From positions 19,996-83,995 of the forward strand of contig JAEDIN010000001.1 of assembly GCA_016292445.1 (NCBI GenBank): a stretch of DNA of 64,000 nt, given 5' to 3'. Made by a program: the position numbers and the translations under genes. Under the pieces are notes generated by a model that made no database searches, had not been told where the DNA came from, and saw nothing but the letters and a program-made list of their open reading frames with translations. The DNA is from Oscillospiraceae bacterium (lineage in GTDB: Bacteria > Bacillota > Clostridia > Oscillospirales > Oscillospiraceae). This document shows positions 1 through 8,397 of this stretch, piece by piece (positions within the stretch are counted from its first letter, which is position 1; every line of letters begins with the position of its first letter).

Positions 1-1
1 C

Positions 2-301
2 TTAAAGCGCAGAGATTATATCGTAAAGCGTATAAATGCTATCCCCGGCGTAAGCTGCATCAATCCCAACGGCGCGTTTTATGTCATGATGAACATAGAG
101 CAGCTCATTGGCCGCACTTTGGGCGGCAAGCTTATTGAGAACGATGATGATTTTGCGGTCGCTCTGCTTGAGAAGGCACTCGTTGCGGTAGTCCCGTGTT
201 CCGGCTTCGGAGCTGAAAACTTTGTCCGCTGGTCATATGCTGCTTCTATGGAGAACATTGAAAAAGGCCTCGATCGCCTTGAAAAATTCATAAACGAATG
301 A
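2..301 (+). CDS. Class I/II (fold-type I) PLP aminotransferase, C-terminal fragment; the 5' end lies outside the window
   Basis: The frame is open from the window edge (LKRRDYIVKRINAIPGVSCINPNGAFYVMM...). The C-terminal pattern P.GAFY ... FG...FVR.SYA.S.E.I..G..RL is typical of aspartate-type aminotransferases. Confidence 0.7.
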   Translation, partial: LKRRDYIVKRINAIPGVSCINPNGAFYVMMNIEQLIGRTLGGKLIENDDDFAVALLEKALVAVVPCSGFGAENFVRWSYAASMENIEKGLDRLEKFINE

Positions 302-310
302 TATAATATT

Positions 311-347
311 CACCCCATCAACATAGCTTGTTAATGGGGTGATTTTT
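311..347 (+). terminator. Rho-independent terminator after the aminotransferase gene
   Basis: Stem CACCCCAT (311-318) pairs with ATGGGGTG (334-341), followed by ATTTTT. Confidence 0.6.
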
Positions 348-1064
348 GTGTTTGTAACCGTTGATTTTAAAAGATTAATTAAAATTATTATAATAGTTGC
401 ATTAATTTCCGCGGCAATAATTGCTGCGAAGTTGATTGTATCGAATCATGGGTTAAAAACGGCTATCAGTCAAAACAATCGTTTTACGCTTGTAATTGAC
501 CCGGGGCACGGCGGTATTGATGGCGGAGCAATTTCGGATTCCGGACTTAAAGAAAGCGATATAAACCTTGCAATTGCATTGAAAACGGACGCCTTAGCTC
601 ATTTTTTAGGCATAAACACCGTCATGACAAGGAGCACAGACACGGATAATTCAGGTGACAAGGCTTACAGTGAACATGATAACCTTGTCGAAAGGGCAAA
701 GCTTGCAAATTCAAACGAAAACGCCGTGCTGATTAGTATTCATCAGAATAAATTCCCGAGTTCCGTTGTCAGCGGAGCGGAAGTGATGTATTCTGATAAT
801 ACAGACAGCAAATCCTTGGGGCTAATAACGCAGGATAATCTTGTCACGCTGCTTGACACTTCAAATCGGCGCGTTGCACGACCTGCACCGAGTGAGCTTC
901 TTCTGACCTCGTCGGTAAAATGTCCGGCAATCCTTGTAGAATGCGGATTTATGTCTAACCCACAGGAGGCTCAAAAGCTCTCGACAAATGTTTATCAGCT
1001 TAAAATCGCGTCAATTTTAGCGTGTTCTTATATACAATTTTTAAATAACACTGCTTCGGCATAG
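339..1064 (+). CDS. cwlD: N-acetylmuramoyl-L-alanine amidase (Amidase_3), CwlD-like germination-specific amidase
   Basis: N-terminal TM segment, then DPGHGGIDGGA, SIHQNKF and ECGFMSNPQE, the zinc-ligand blocks of the Amidase_3 family. The size and single TM match CwlD. The start is uncertain (GTG 339 or GTG 348), and both overlap the upstream terminator. Confidence 0.75.
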   Translation: MIFVFVTVDFKRLIKIIIIVALISAAIIAAKLIVSNHGLKTAISQNNRFTLVIDPGHGGIDGGAISDSGLKESDINLAIALKTDALAHFLGINTVMTRSTDTDNSGDKAYSEHDNLVERAKLANSNENAVLISIHQNKFPSSVVSGAEVMYSDNTDSKSLGLITQDNLVTLLDTSNRRVARPAPSELLLTSSVKCPAILVECGFMSNPQEAQKLSTNVYQLKIASILACSYIQFLNNTASA

Positions 1065-1072
1065 GAGAAAAT

Positions 1073-2431
1073 ATGAAACAAAGGACAGTTTTTTGCTGCT
1101 CGGAATGCGGCAACGAGACAGTTAAATGGAGCGGAAGATGCACTGCCTGCGGTGCTTGGGATAGCCTCGTGGAGGTCAAGCTCGATGCGAAAGCGAAGGG
1201 TAGCAGCAAAATCAGAACTGCTCCTAAGAAATTACCAAGGCTCATATCTGAGCTTGATACCGAGGCCGAGCTTCGGTTTTCAACAGGAATAGGAGAGCTT
1301 GACAGGGTTTTAGGCGGCGGCGCCGTTAAAGGCTCGCTTGTTCTTGTCGGCGGCGCTCCGGGCATAGGAAAATCAACACTATTGCTTCAGCTTTGCGGTC
1401 TCGTTGATGGTGAGCAAAAAATTCTGTATGTTACCGGAGAAGAAAGTGAACGCCAGCTTAAAATGCGCGCACAGCGACTGGGTGTTAATAACGGACAGAT
1501 ATATGTTATTGCAGAAACCGGATTGACAGAGATTTTGGAAGCGATCGATGAGCTTAAACCGGATATTGTTATTGTAGACTCGATTCAAACAATGTTTGAC
1601 CCTGAAATCAGCTCTGCTCCCGGCAGTGTCAGTCAGGTCAGAGAGTGCACAATGTCAATTATGCGTATGACAAAGGAAAAAGGCTTCACAACCTTTGTTG
1701 TGGGACATATCAACAAAGAAGGGAATATAGCCGGACCTAAGGTGCTTGAACATATGGTAGATTGTGTTTTGTACTTTGAGGGCGAGCGCAGTACATCGTT
1801 CAGGATACTCAGGGCAGGGAAGAATCGATTTGGCTCAACTAATGAGATAGGTGTCTTTGAAATGGTGGACACTGGGCTGAAGGATTTACAAAATCCCTCG
1901 GAAATACTGCTTTCAGGCAGACCTGATAATGCTCCCGGAACCTGTGTAACCTGTGTCATCGAGGGTTCGCGACCCATTCTTGCCGAGATTCAAGCCTTGG
2001 TCGCGCCTGCAACATATACCGCCGGACGCCGTAGCACAAACGGTGTTGACTACAATAGAGCGACTTTGCTTTTGGCGGTACTTGAAAAGCGCGGCGGTAT
2101 GGCAGTGTCCGGCTGCGATGCTTATATTAATGTTATTGGCGGACTTGAGCTTGATGAGCCTGCCGCAGACCTTGCAACAATGCTCGCTATTGCAAGCAGT
2201 TTCAGAGATCTGCCGCTCGGCAGAGATTTGGCGGCTGTCGGCGAGGTCGGGCTATCGGGAGAAATCAGAAGCGTAAGCTTGCTTAATATGCGACTTTCGG
2301 AGATTGCAAGGCTTGGGTTTAAACGCTGTGTAATACCGTCCCATATAAAGGATGATATAAAAAAGCCGGAGGGGCTTGAGATAATATCAGTAAAAGATAT
2401 TAGAGAGGCTATTAAGGCAACGCTCGGATAA
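1073..2431 (+). CDS. radA: DNA repair protein RadA/Sms
   Basis: N-terminal zinc finger CSECGNETVKWSGRCTACGAW, Walker A GAPGIGKST, KNRFG motif (AGKNRFG) and a Lon-like C-terminal domain. Confidence 0.95.
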   Translation: MKQRTVFCCSECGNETVKWSGRCTACGAWDSLVEVKLDAKAKGSSKIRTAPKKLPRLISELDTEAELRFSTGIGELDRVLGGGAVKGSLVLVGGAPGIGKSTLLLQLCGLVDGEQKILYVTGEESERQLKMRAQRLGVNNGQIYVIAETGLTEILEAIDELKPDIVIVDSIQTMFDPEISSAPGSVSQVRECTMSIMRMTKEKGFTTFVVGHINKEGNIAGPKVLEHMVDCVLYFEGERSTSFRILRAGKNRFGSTNEIGVFEMVDTGLKDLQNPSEILLSGRPDNAPGTCVTCVIEGSRPILAEIQALVAPATYTAGRRSTNGVDYNRATLLLAVLEKRGGMAVSGCDAYINVIGGLELDEPAADLATMLAIASSFRDLPLGRDLAAVGEVGLSGEIRSVSLLNMRLSEIARLGFKRCVIPSHIKDDIKKPEGLEIISVKDIREAIKATLG

Positions 2432-2432
2432 T

Positions 2433-3176
2433 ATGATTAGAACAGTTGAAATGCCGCACCTTCCAAAGGGAAGAGTGCGGCACATAATAATAGGCGAAAA
2501 ATACAGAAATTTACTTGAAAAAGCACTATCTGTGCACGATTTAGAGGCAATTTGGCTTAAAAATAATAATTTTGTTGACGAAAGGTTATCCGGCCACACG
2601 GATTTATCTGCCATTCACATAGGTAATAGAATTGCTTTGTCCGAGTATTTGAAACCTTGTGAACAAATTCACAATATTATAAATGCAGATTATGTGCCCA
2701 ATCCGCAAAAGCCAATATATCCATATGACGCAGGCTTGAATTTCTGCATTATCGGAGACAGGCTTTTCTATAACCCCAAAACAGCTAATGCAGAGCAAAT
2801 AAGAAAAGTCGGTTGTAAGGAGAAAATCGTCGTTAAACAAGGCTACACTAAGTGTTCAATATGCGTTGTTGACGAAAACTCTATAATAACAGCCGATAAA
2901 ATGATAGCCGCTGCCGCGAAAAAATCAGGTATGAATGTGCTGTACATATCAAAACCGTTTGTTTCGCTTAAAGGATTTGATTGCGGATTTATCGGTGGTG
3001 CAGCATTTAAGATCAGCGCAAATGAATTAGCGTTTACCGGTGATATAAAAGACGCCGGTATAAGAACAGAAATTGAATGTTTCTTAAATGAGAGAAATGT
3101 TCGCCCGATATACTTGACTAATAATTTGGTATTTGATATAGGAAGCGCAATACCGCTTACAGAACAATTTCCATAA
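2433..3176 (+). CDS. Conserved hypothetical protein, translationally coupled to radA
   Basis: 247-aa ORF starting 1 nt after the radA stop. No TM segment and no motif I can assign with confidence. Confidence 0.6.
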   Translation: MIRTVEMPHLPKGRVRHIIIGEKYRNLLEKALSVHDLEAIWLKNNNFVDERLSGHTDLSAIHIGNRIALSEYLKPCEQIHNIINADYVPNPQKPIYPYDAGLNFCIIGDRLFYNPKTANAEQIRKVGCKEKIVVKQGYTKCSICVVDENSIITADKMIAAAAKKSGMNVLYISKPFVSLKGFDCGFIGGAAFKISANELAFTGDIKDAGIRTEIECFLNERNVRPIYLTNNLVFDIGSAIPLTEQFP

Positions 3177-3220
3177 AGCGGAGTGTTATCAATATGCTAT
3201 ATGACTTAAATCCGCTTTTT
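3175..3220 (+). terminator. Possible (weak) terminator of the radA operon
   Basis: AAAGCGGA (3175-3182) pairs with TCCGCTTT (3211-3218) across a large loop, followed by a T-rich run. Confidence 0.35.
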
Positions 3221-3286
3221 CTTGTTTTTTCATCCCCCAAATTAAACAAAATCTTTATTTTGCTTAAAAATTAGTTAATTTGCCAA

Positions 3287-3316
3287 TAGACAAAAAAACG
3301 ACTACCCTGCTATAAT
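3287..3316 (+). promoter_or_regulatory. Sigma-A-type promoter for the recombinase gene
   Basis: TAGACA (3287-3292), 18-nt spacer, then extended -10 TGcTATAAT (3308-3316). Confidence 0.45.
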
Positions 3317-3347
3317 ATATATAGTAATTAGTTGATTGGAGTTTATC

Positions 3348-4343
3348 ATGGATTACAGAATCGAAGCGCCTGATATTATTAAAGGCTTTTTAACTTATCA
3401 TGAGACTATAAAGGGCCATTCAAGAAAAACCGTTGATGAATACTACCTTGACCTCCGTACTTTTTTTCGATTTCTAAAAATTCAGCGTGGACTTGTTCCG
3501 CGCAATACCGAGCTTGAAGATATTTCGATATCTGATATTGATTTAGATTTTGTCAAATCCGTTACTGTTTCCGAGACCTATGAGTATTTGTCATTTATGA
3601 CTAGAGATAAAGTCAAGAATCAGCGAAGCCGCGAAGCTGAATATGGCACTAAGGCGTCAACTCGTGCTCGGAAGGTTTCAACGCTCAGGAGCTTCTACAA
3701 ATATCTAACCGTCAAAGCGAAGCTTATTGATACAAATCCGCTTCAGGATCTGGATGTTCCTAAGATACCGCACACACTTCCCCGCTACCTCACTTTGCAA
3801 GAGGCTCAAGCCCTCCTCTCCTCTGTTGACGGAAAAAACAAAGAGCGTGATTACTGCATCCTCTGCATATTCCTTAATTGCGGTTTGCGCATATCAGAAA
3901 TAGTAGGATTAAACCTTTCAGATATCAGAGCAGACCATATCAGAGTATTCGGTAAAGGCAGCAAGGAACGCGTTATTTATATAAACGAGGCTTGTGCCGA
4001 TTCTATTAACAAATACCTTGAAGTTAGAAAAAGCATTGCGGCAATCGACAAAAATGCTCTGTTTTTGTCTAACCGGAGAAAACGAATGAGCCGTGAAGCT
4101 GTGCACAGTATGGTAAAACAATCACTTAAAAGAGCCGGATTAGATGCCGACAAGTATTCATCCCACAAGCTTCGCCATACGGCTGCCACGCTTATGCTGC
4201 AAAATGGCGTAGATGTCAGAACCCTTCAAGAGCTACTCGGTCATGATAATTTGAACACCACGCAGATATATACCCATGTTGATAATTCTGAGCTTAGGAT
4301 AGCTGCCGAAGCAAATCCTTTGAGCAATTTTAAGCCTGAATAA
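3348..4343 (+). CDS. Tyrosine site-specific recombinase, XerC/XerD family
   Basis: Catalytic set present: GLRISE (Arg), GKGSKER (Lys), HKLRHTAAT (His/Arg) and LLGHDNLNTTQIYTHV (His/Tyr). ATG 3348 is preferred because a GGAG lies 6 nt upstream; the tracked ORF starts at TTG 3336. Confidence 0.85.
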   Translation: MDYRIEAPDIIKGFLTYHETIKGHSRKTVDEYYLDLRTFFRFLKIQRGLVPRNTELEDISISDIDLDFVKSVTVSETYEYLSFMTRDKVKNQRSREAEYGTKASTRARKVSTLRSFYKYLTVKAKLIDTNPLQDLDVPKIPHTLPRYLTLQEAQALLSSVDGKNKERDYCILCIFLNCGLRISEIVGLNLSDIRADHIRVFGKGSKERVIYINEACADSINKYLEVRKSIAAIDKNALFLSNRRKRMSREAVHSMVKQSLKRAGLDADKYSSHKLRHTAATLMLQNGVDVRTLQELLGHDNLNTTQIYTHVDNSELRIAAEANPLSNFKPE

Positions 4344-4371
4344 ATGCCACTATCGACTGATAGTGGCATTT
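4342..4371. terminator. Bidirectional rho-independent terminator
   Basis: A perfect 13-bp stem, AAATGCCACTATC / GATAGTGGCATTT, with a 4-nt loop lies between convergent genes. A/T runs flank both sides. Confidence 0.8.
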
Positions 4372-4374
4372 AAA

Positions 4375-5979
4375 TCATTTTGATATGCGAGAAACATTTA
4401 GAACACCAAATATTCCGGCAGCAAAATCAAGCAGTGCTACAAACCAAAGCGTTGCATTGCCTGTAAGTGCAAGGACTATCAGGATCACTTTTACTATTGC
4501 GGATAAAGCGATGTTTTCACAGGAGATTTTTTTCACACTTCTTGCTATTGAAACCATCGTTGGTAAGCCATAAATACCTATATTGGACATCCGAAGATCT
4601 TCCGTATCCGTTCGCTCCCCCACTTTCGCGTCGAGGTCTGCGTCGCTGTGATATCCGATATTTTCGGCGCTGACATACATCAAAGCTTCTTCTCCGTTTT
4701 GACTTTGCTTGATATCTTTTACCACGGAAAGCTTCTTTGCAGTGTCACAGCATGGGAAATAATCAGAAATATTAATGGATTTTGCTGTCTTTTCACAAAC
4801 ATCCATGCCATCTTCGGCAACCAGTATGCTTGCAACACCAAGTTCTTTTAGGATAGAAACGGTCTTTGCAGCGTAGGGATTTATGTTTTCATTGAACACT
4901 ATAGAGCCTGCATATCTGCCTGAAATTATAAGATAGAGGACATTTCCCTTGCGCACGCTACCGGCATCCAAGCCTATCCCTCTGGATTCGAGAAGCTGTA
5001 ATGTACCAAGCAGCATTTGCCTGCCTTCAATCTTTACCTCCATACCATATCCGGGAATATCATTGAATTCTTGTATGTACTCCGGGAATATCTCACCGTT
5101 ATATGCACCAACAATGGCTGATGCTATGCGTTGCTCGGATTTGTATGCAATATAGGCAACAGAGCGCAAGAAGCTTTCGTTATCAAGCACAGGAGAAATT
5201 ATAGAAGCAATTTTCGGAGCCCCGGCTGTGATCACATCCGATTTGTCAAAAACTATGCTTTTTAGCTTGACTGCTTTATCCAGTGCTTCGGGTTCGTTTA
5301 TAATTACACCCGATGCTGCCGAATGGCAGAGTCCGTAGGCGGTACACAGTGACAGCGAAGTGAACATTGAACAAGGAGCAATTGCGGCAATAAGCATCGT
5401 TCCCCTTCTTATCGACATAACATAGGTCATATCAGTTACTAAGGGCAATAAAATGCTGCAAAGAATTGCGGCTACCGTTAACGCCTTGACTGCGATTGAA
5501 TAGTATGGTTCAAGCTTGACCCTTAACGCGTTAGTCGAGCTATCACAGCGGTTTAGGATACTGCGTTGCCTTGAAAAGCTCTCTTCACTATTATTAGGCA
5601 GTGACGAAAGTGCACTCTGCTTCGTGAGCTTTTGCGCATAGTCAAAAAACACTCTGCAAGCTTGATACACAATGACAAACACAGTTGCTTCAATATAGCA
5701 GCCGACGGCGAAACTGGCAACGGCAGCAATCATGACAAGGCAAGAATTGTTAAAAAAATCTTTCCTGAGCACAGAATAAATTGCCAGTATTACTAAATCA
5801 AAGCCGCAAATCATTATTGCCGCAACCAGCATTAACATCGAAATAAACTGAGTAGTGTTGATATTATATGCCAGAATTAGCAGGATGATGGTTAGTGCGA
5901 GCCTTACGAGCGTGAAGACATCCGGCAGCACCGGTTTTCTTTCATTGCTGCGTTTAAGCTTTTCAGCCCTTGGGTTCAC
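4375..5979 (-). CDS. Degenerate P1B-type (heavy-metal) ATPase homologue lacking the actuator domain; probably catalytically inactive
   Basis: Polytopic membrane protein with an APC motif in a TM helix (aa 201-203, at the CPC position). Catalytic motifs are replaced: FDKSDVIT (aa 244-251) for DKTGTLT, SEQRIASAIV for SEHPLA, VAEDG (388-392) for TGD, and VSAENIG (436-442) for GDGIND. Only about 30 aa occupy the position of the roughly 110-aa TGES actuator domain. GTG start with a GGAAGGTGA RBS. Confidence 0.7.
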   Translation of the reverse strand: MNPRAEKLKRSNERKPVLPDVFTLVRLALTIILLILAYNINTTQFISMLMLVAAIMICGFDLVILAIYSVLRKDFFNNSCLVMIAAVASFAVGCYIEATVFVIVYQACRVFFDYAQKLTKQSALSSLPNNSEESFSRQRSILNRCDSSTNALRVKLEPYYSIAVKALTVAAILCSILLPLVTDMTYVMSIRRGTMLIAAIAPCSMFTSLSLCTAYGLCHSAASGVIINEPEALDKAVKLKSIVFDKSDVITAGAPKIASIISPVLDNESFLRSVAYIAYKSEQRIASAIVGAYNGEIFPEYIQEFNDIPGYGMEVKIEGRQMLLGTLQLLESRGIGLDAGSVRKGNVLYLIISGRYAGSIVFNENINPYAAKTVSILKELGVASILVAEDGMDVCEKTAKSINISDYFPCCDTAKKLSVVKDIKQSQNGEEALMYVSAENIGYHSDADLDAKVGERTDTEDLRMSNIGIYGLPTMVSIARSVKKISCENIALSAIVKVILIVLALTGNATLWFVALLDFAAGIFGVLNVSRISK

Positions 5980-6015
5980 AAAATCACCTTCCCTGTTATA
6001 ATTTTTCGAGTCTGA

Positions 6016-6951
6016 TCAAGCCTTGCCGTTGCAGCCGAGGACATCGACTATCTTATGAGCGACCATAGACTTTATGGCAGCTCTTGCAGGCTTGAGATAC
6101 TGTCTTGGGTCAAAATGTTCAGGATGCTCGTTGAGATACTGACGAATAGACGCGGTCATTGCGAGGCGAAGATCGGAGTCGATGTTTATCTTGCATACTG
6201 CCATAGATGCCGCTTTGCGAAGCTGATCCTCCGGAACACCTATTGCGCCGGGCATATTGCCGCCGTTTTCGTTGATTATCTTAACAAATTCCTGAGGAAC
6301 GGACGATGAACCGTGCAGGACTATCGGGAAACCGGGCAGCCGCTTTTCAACCTCCTGAAGAATATCAAAGCGAAGCTTAGGATCTGTTCCGGGTTTGAAC
6401 TTGTAAGCACCGTGAGATGTGCCGATTGCGATAGCAAGTGAATCACAGCCCGTCTTCTCGACGAACTCCTGAACATCCTCGGGTCTGGTGTAGGAAGAAT
6501 CCTCTGCGCTTACATTAACCTCGTCCTCTATTCCGGCGAGCGTACCAAGCTCTGCCTCAACGACTACGCCGTGATCATGAGCATACTCAACAACCTTCTT
6601 GGTTATCGCAATATTTTCCTCGAGGGGCTTGGAGGACGCATCAATCATAACGGAGGTAAAGCCGCCGTCAATGCAGGATTTGCATATCTCGAAGCTGTCG
6701 CCATGGTCGAGGTGGAGTGCTATGGGCAGACCGGTTTCAATCACGGCAGCCTCAACAAGCTTCATGAGGTATGTGTGATTAGCATAGGCACGGGCACCCT
6801 TGGACACCTGAAGAATTAAAGGAGCATTCAATTCAGCAGCCGCCTCGGTGATACCCTGAACGATTTCCATGTTGTTTACATTAAAGGCACCGATTGCATA
6901 ACCGCCGTTATAAGCCTTTTTAAACATTTCCTTTGTTGTTACAAGTGGCAT
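6016..6951 (-). CDS. fba: Class II fructose-1,6-bisphosphate aldolase
   Basis: Full-length match by eye to the FbaA family: AIGAFNVNN, HLDHGDSFE, LHGSSSVP. Confidence 0.95.
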   Translation of the reverse strand: MPLVTTKEMFKKAYNGGYAIGAFNVNNMEIVQGITEAAAELNAPLILQVSKGARAYANHTYLMKLVEAAVIETGLPIALHLDHGDSFEICKSCIDGGFTSVMIDASSKPLEENIAITKKVVEYAHDHGVVVEAELGTLAGIEDEVNVSAEDSSYTRPEDVQEFVEKTGCDSLAIAIGTSHGAYKFKPGTDPKLRFDILQEVEKRLPGFPIVLHGSSSVPQEFVKIINENGGNMPGAIGVPEDQLRKAASMAVCKINIDSDLRLAMTASIRQYLNEHPEHFDPRQYLKPARAAIKSMVAHKIVDVLGCNGKA

Positions 6952-7017
6952 AGTCGAAAATCCTCCTGTGAAAAAATAAATTAGTTAATTTGCATAAATT
7001 ATTTGTTTTTCGTATTT

Positions 7018-7046
7018 ATTATAAACCTAAAACATGTTATAATCAA
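7018..7046 (-). promoter_or_regulatory. Sigma-A promoter of fba
   Basis: On the minus strand, TTGATT (7046-7041), 17 nt, TATAAT (7023-7018). Confidence 0.55.
7035..7043 (+). promoter_or_regulatory. Extended -10 promoter element for pfp
   Basis: TGtTATAAT at 7035-7043. It overlaps the fba -35 hexamer on the opposite strand. Confidence 0.45.
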
Positions 7047-7074
7047 TAATCATTGACGATCTGGAGGAATTATT

Positions 7075-8358
7075 TTGGATAATTTATTTGATTCACCCTT
7101 GGTCGGCTCATGCGTATTCGGGCAGTCCGGTGGCCCGACGGCGGTAATTAACGCCAGTGCATACGGTGTTATTAAAACAGCTCTTGAGTCTGACGCCATA
7201 ACGAAGGTCTACGGTGCTGCCCACGGAATTAAAGGCGTACTGGACGATGAGCTTTATGATATGGGCGAGGAAGAGGATTATGAGCTTAAGCTGCTTCTTA
7301 ACACCCCCTCCTCCGAGCTTGGCTCTTGCAGATATAAAATTGCCGATCCCGACGAGGATGAGTCCGATTACATAAGAATACTGGAAATCTTTAAAAAATA
7401 TAATGTTCGTTACTTCTTCTATAACGGTGGAAACGATTCCATGGACACCTGCAACAAAATCAGCCGATACATGGAGAAGGTCGGCTACGATTGCCGTGTA
7501 ATCGGCATACCCAAGACCATAGATAACGACCTTTTCGGAACAGATCATTGCCCCGGTTTCGGAAGTGCGGCAAAGTTTATTGCGACCACCTGCATGGAGG
7601 TAGACAAGGATACAGATGTATACGATACAGAAATGGTAACGGTCGTTGAAATAATGGGCAGACACGCAGGCTGGCTAACTGCCAGTGCCGCTCTTGCGAC
7701 GGAATACGGTCATGGCTGCGGTCCTGACCTGATTTATCTTCCGGAGCGCGATTTTGACCTTGAGAGGTTTACGGAGGATGTTCGCAAGGTCTTGAAGCAT
7801 AAGCACAATGTTCTTGTTGCGGTTTCAGAGGGTGTGCACTATGCCGACGGAAGCTTTGTATCCGAAGCAAAAACCTCCGGTACAGACGGTTTCGGTCACG
7901 CTCAGCTCGGTGGTCTTGCGACAAAGCTCGCCAGCTATCTAAAAGATGCTCTTAAAATTAAGAAAACCCGTGGCATAGAGCTTAGTCTGCTCCAGCGCTG
8001 CGGCTCCCATATTGCCTCCTCAGTCGATATTAAAGAGGCTTTTATGGTCGGTAAGGTTGCTGTTGAGTCCGCAATAGCGGGTGAAACAGGTAAAATGGTC
8101 GCCCTTGAGCGTGATGACAGCAGCGGTACATATTCCTGCCATACCACTCTTCTCTCTTTGAGCAGCGTTGCCAACTATGAAAAGAAAGTACCGCTCGAGT
8201 GGATTACAGACGACGGTAATTATATCACATCTGATTTTATCAATTATGTATTGCCTTTAATACAGGGTGAGCCCAATATTCCAAGAGAAAATTCTCTGCC
8301 GAGATATGCAAGGCTTAAAAAGGTTAAAGCAAAACCCGAGGAAGTAATTTGCGTGTGA
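7075..8358 (+). CDS. pfp: 6-phosphofructokinase, predicted pyrophosphate-dependent (PFP type)
   Basis: SGGPTAVINAS, GGNDSMDT, IPKTIDNDL, IMGRHAGW. Asp and Lys sit at the two positions (E. coli PfkA Gly104/Gly124) that distinguish PPi from ATP enzymes. TTG start with a GGAGG 7 nt upstream. Confidence 0.85.
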   Translation: MDNLFDSPLVGSCVFGQSGGPTAVINASAYGVIKTALESDAITKVYGAAHGIKGVLDDELYDMGEEEDYELKLLLNTPSSELGSCRYKIADPDEDESDYIRILEIFKKYNVRYFFYNGGNDSMDTCNKISRYMEKVGYDCRVIGIPKTIDNDLFGTDHCPGFGSAAKFIATTCMEVDKDTDVYDTEMVTVVEIMGRHAGWLTASAALATEYGHGCGPDLIYLPERDFDLERFTEDVRKVLKHKHNVLVAVSEGVHYADGSFVSEAKTSGTDGFGHAQLGGLATKLASYLKDALKIKKTRGIELSLLQRCGSHIASSVDIKEAFMVGKVAVESAIAGETGKMVALERDDSSGTYSCHTTLLSLSSVANYEKKVPLEWITDDGNYITSDFINYVLPLIQGEPNIPRENSLPRYARLKKVKAKPEEVICV

Positions 8359-8397
8359 CGCAAATTTAAAAAATAATAGATTTATGGAGGTATTTTT

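Noticed and set aside
3305-3335. A possible dif-like site (CTGCTATAATATATATAGTAATTAGT) just upstream of the recombinase.
   Set aside because: Only the AT-rich centre resembles the Bacillota dif consensus (ACTTCCTAGAATATATATTATGTAAACT), and both arms mismatch. The sequence is better explained as the extended -10 promoter.
3348-4343. The tyrosine recombinase as a marker of an integrated mobile element or genomic island.
   Set aside because: I could see no flanking direct repeats, phage, transposase or conjugation genes, no tRNA next to it, and no compositional break. Its neighbours are radA and fba. It is more likely a chromosomal Xer-type recombinase.
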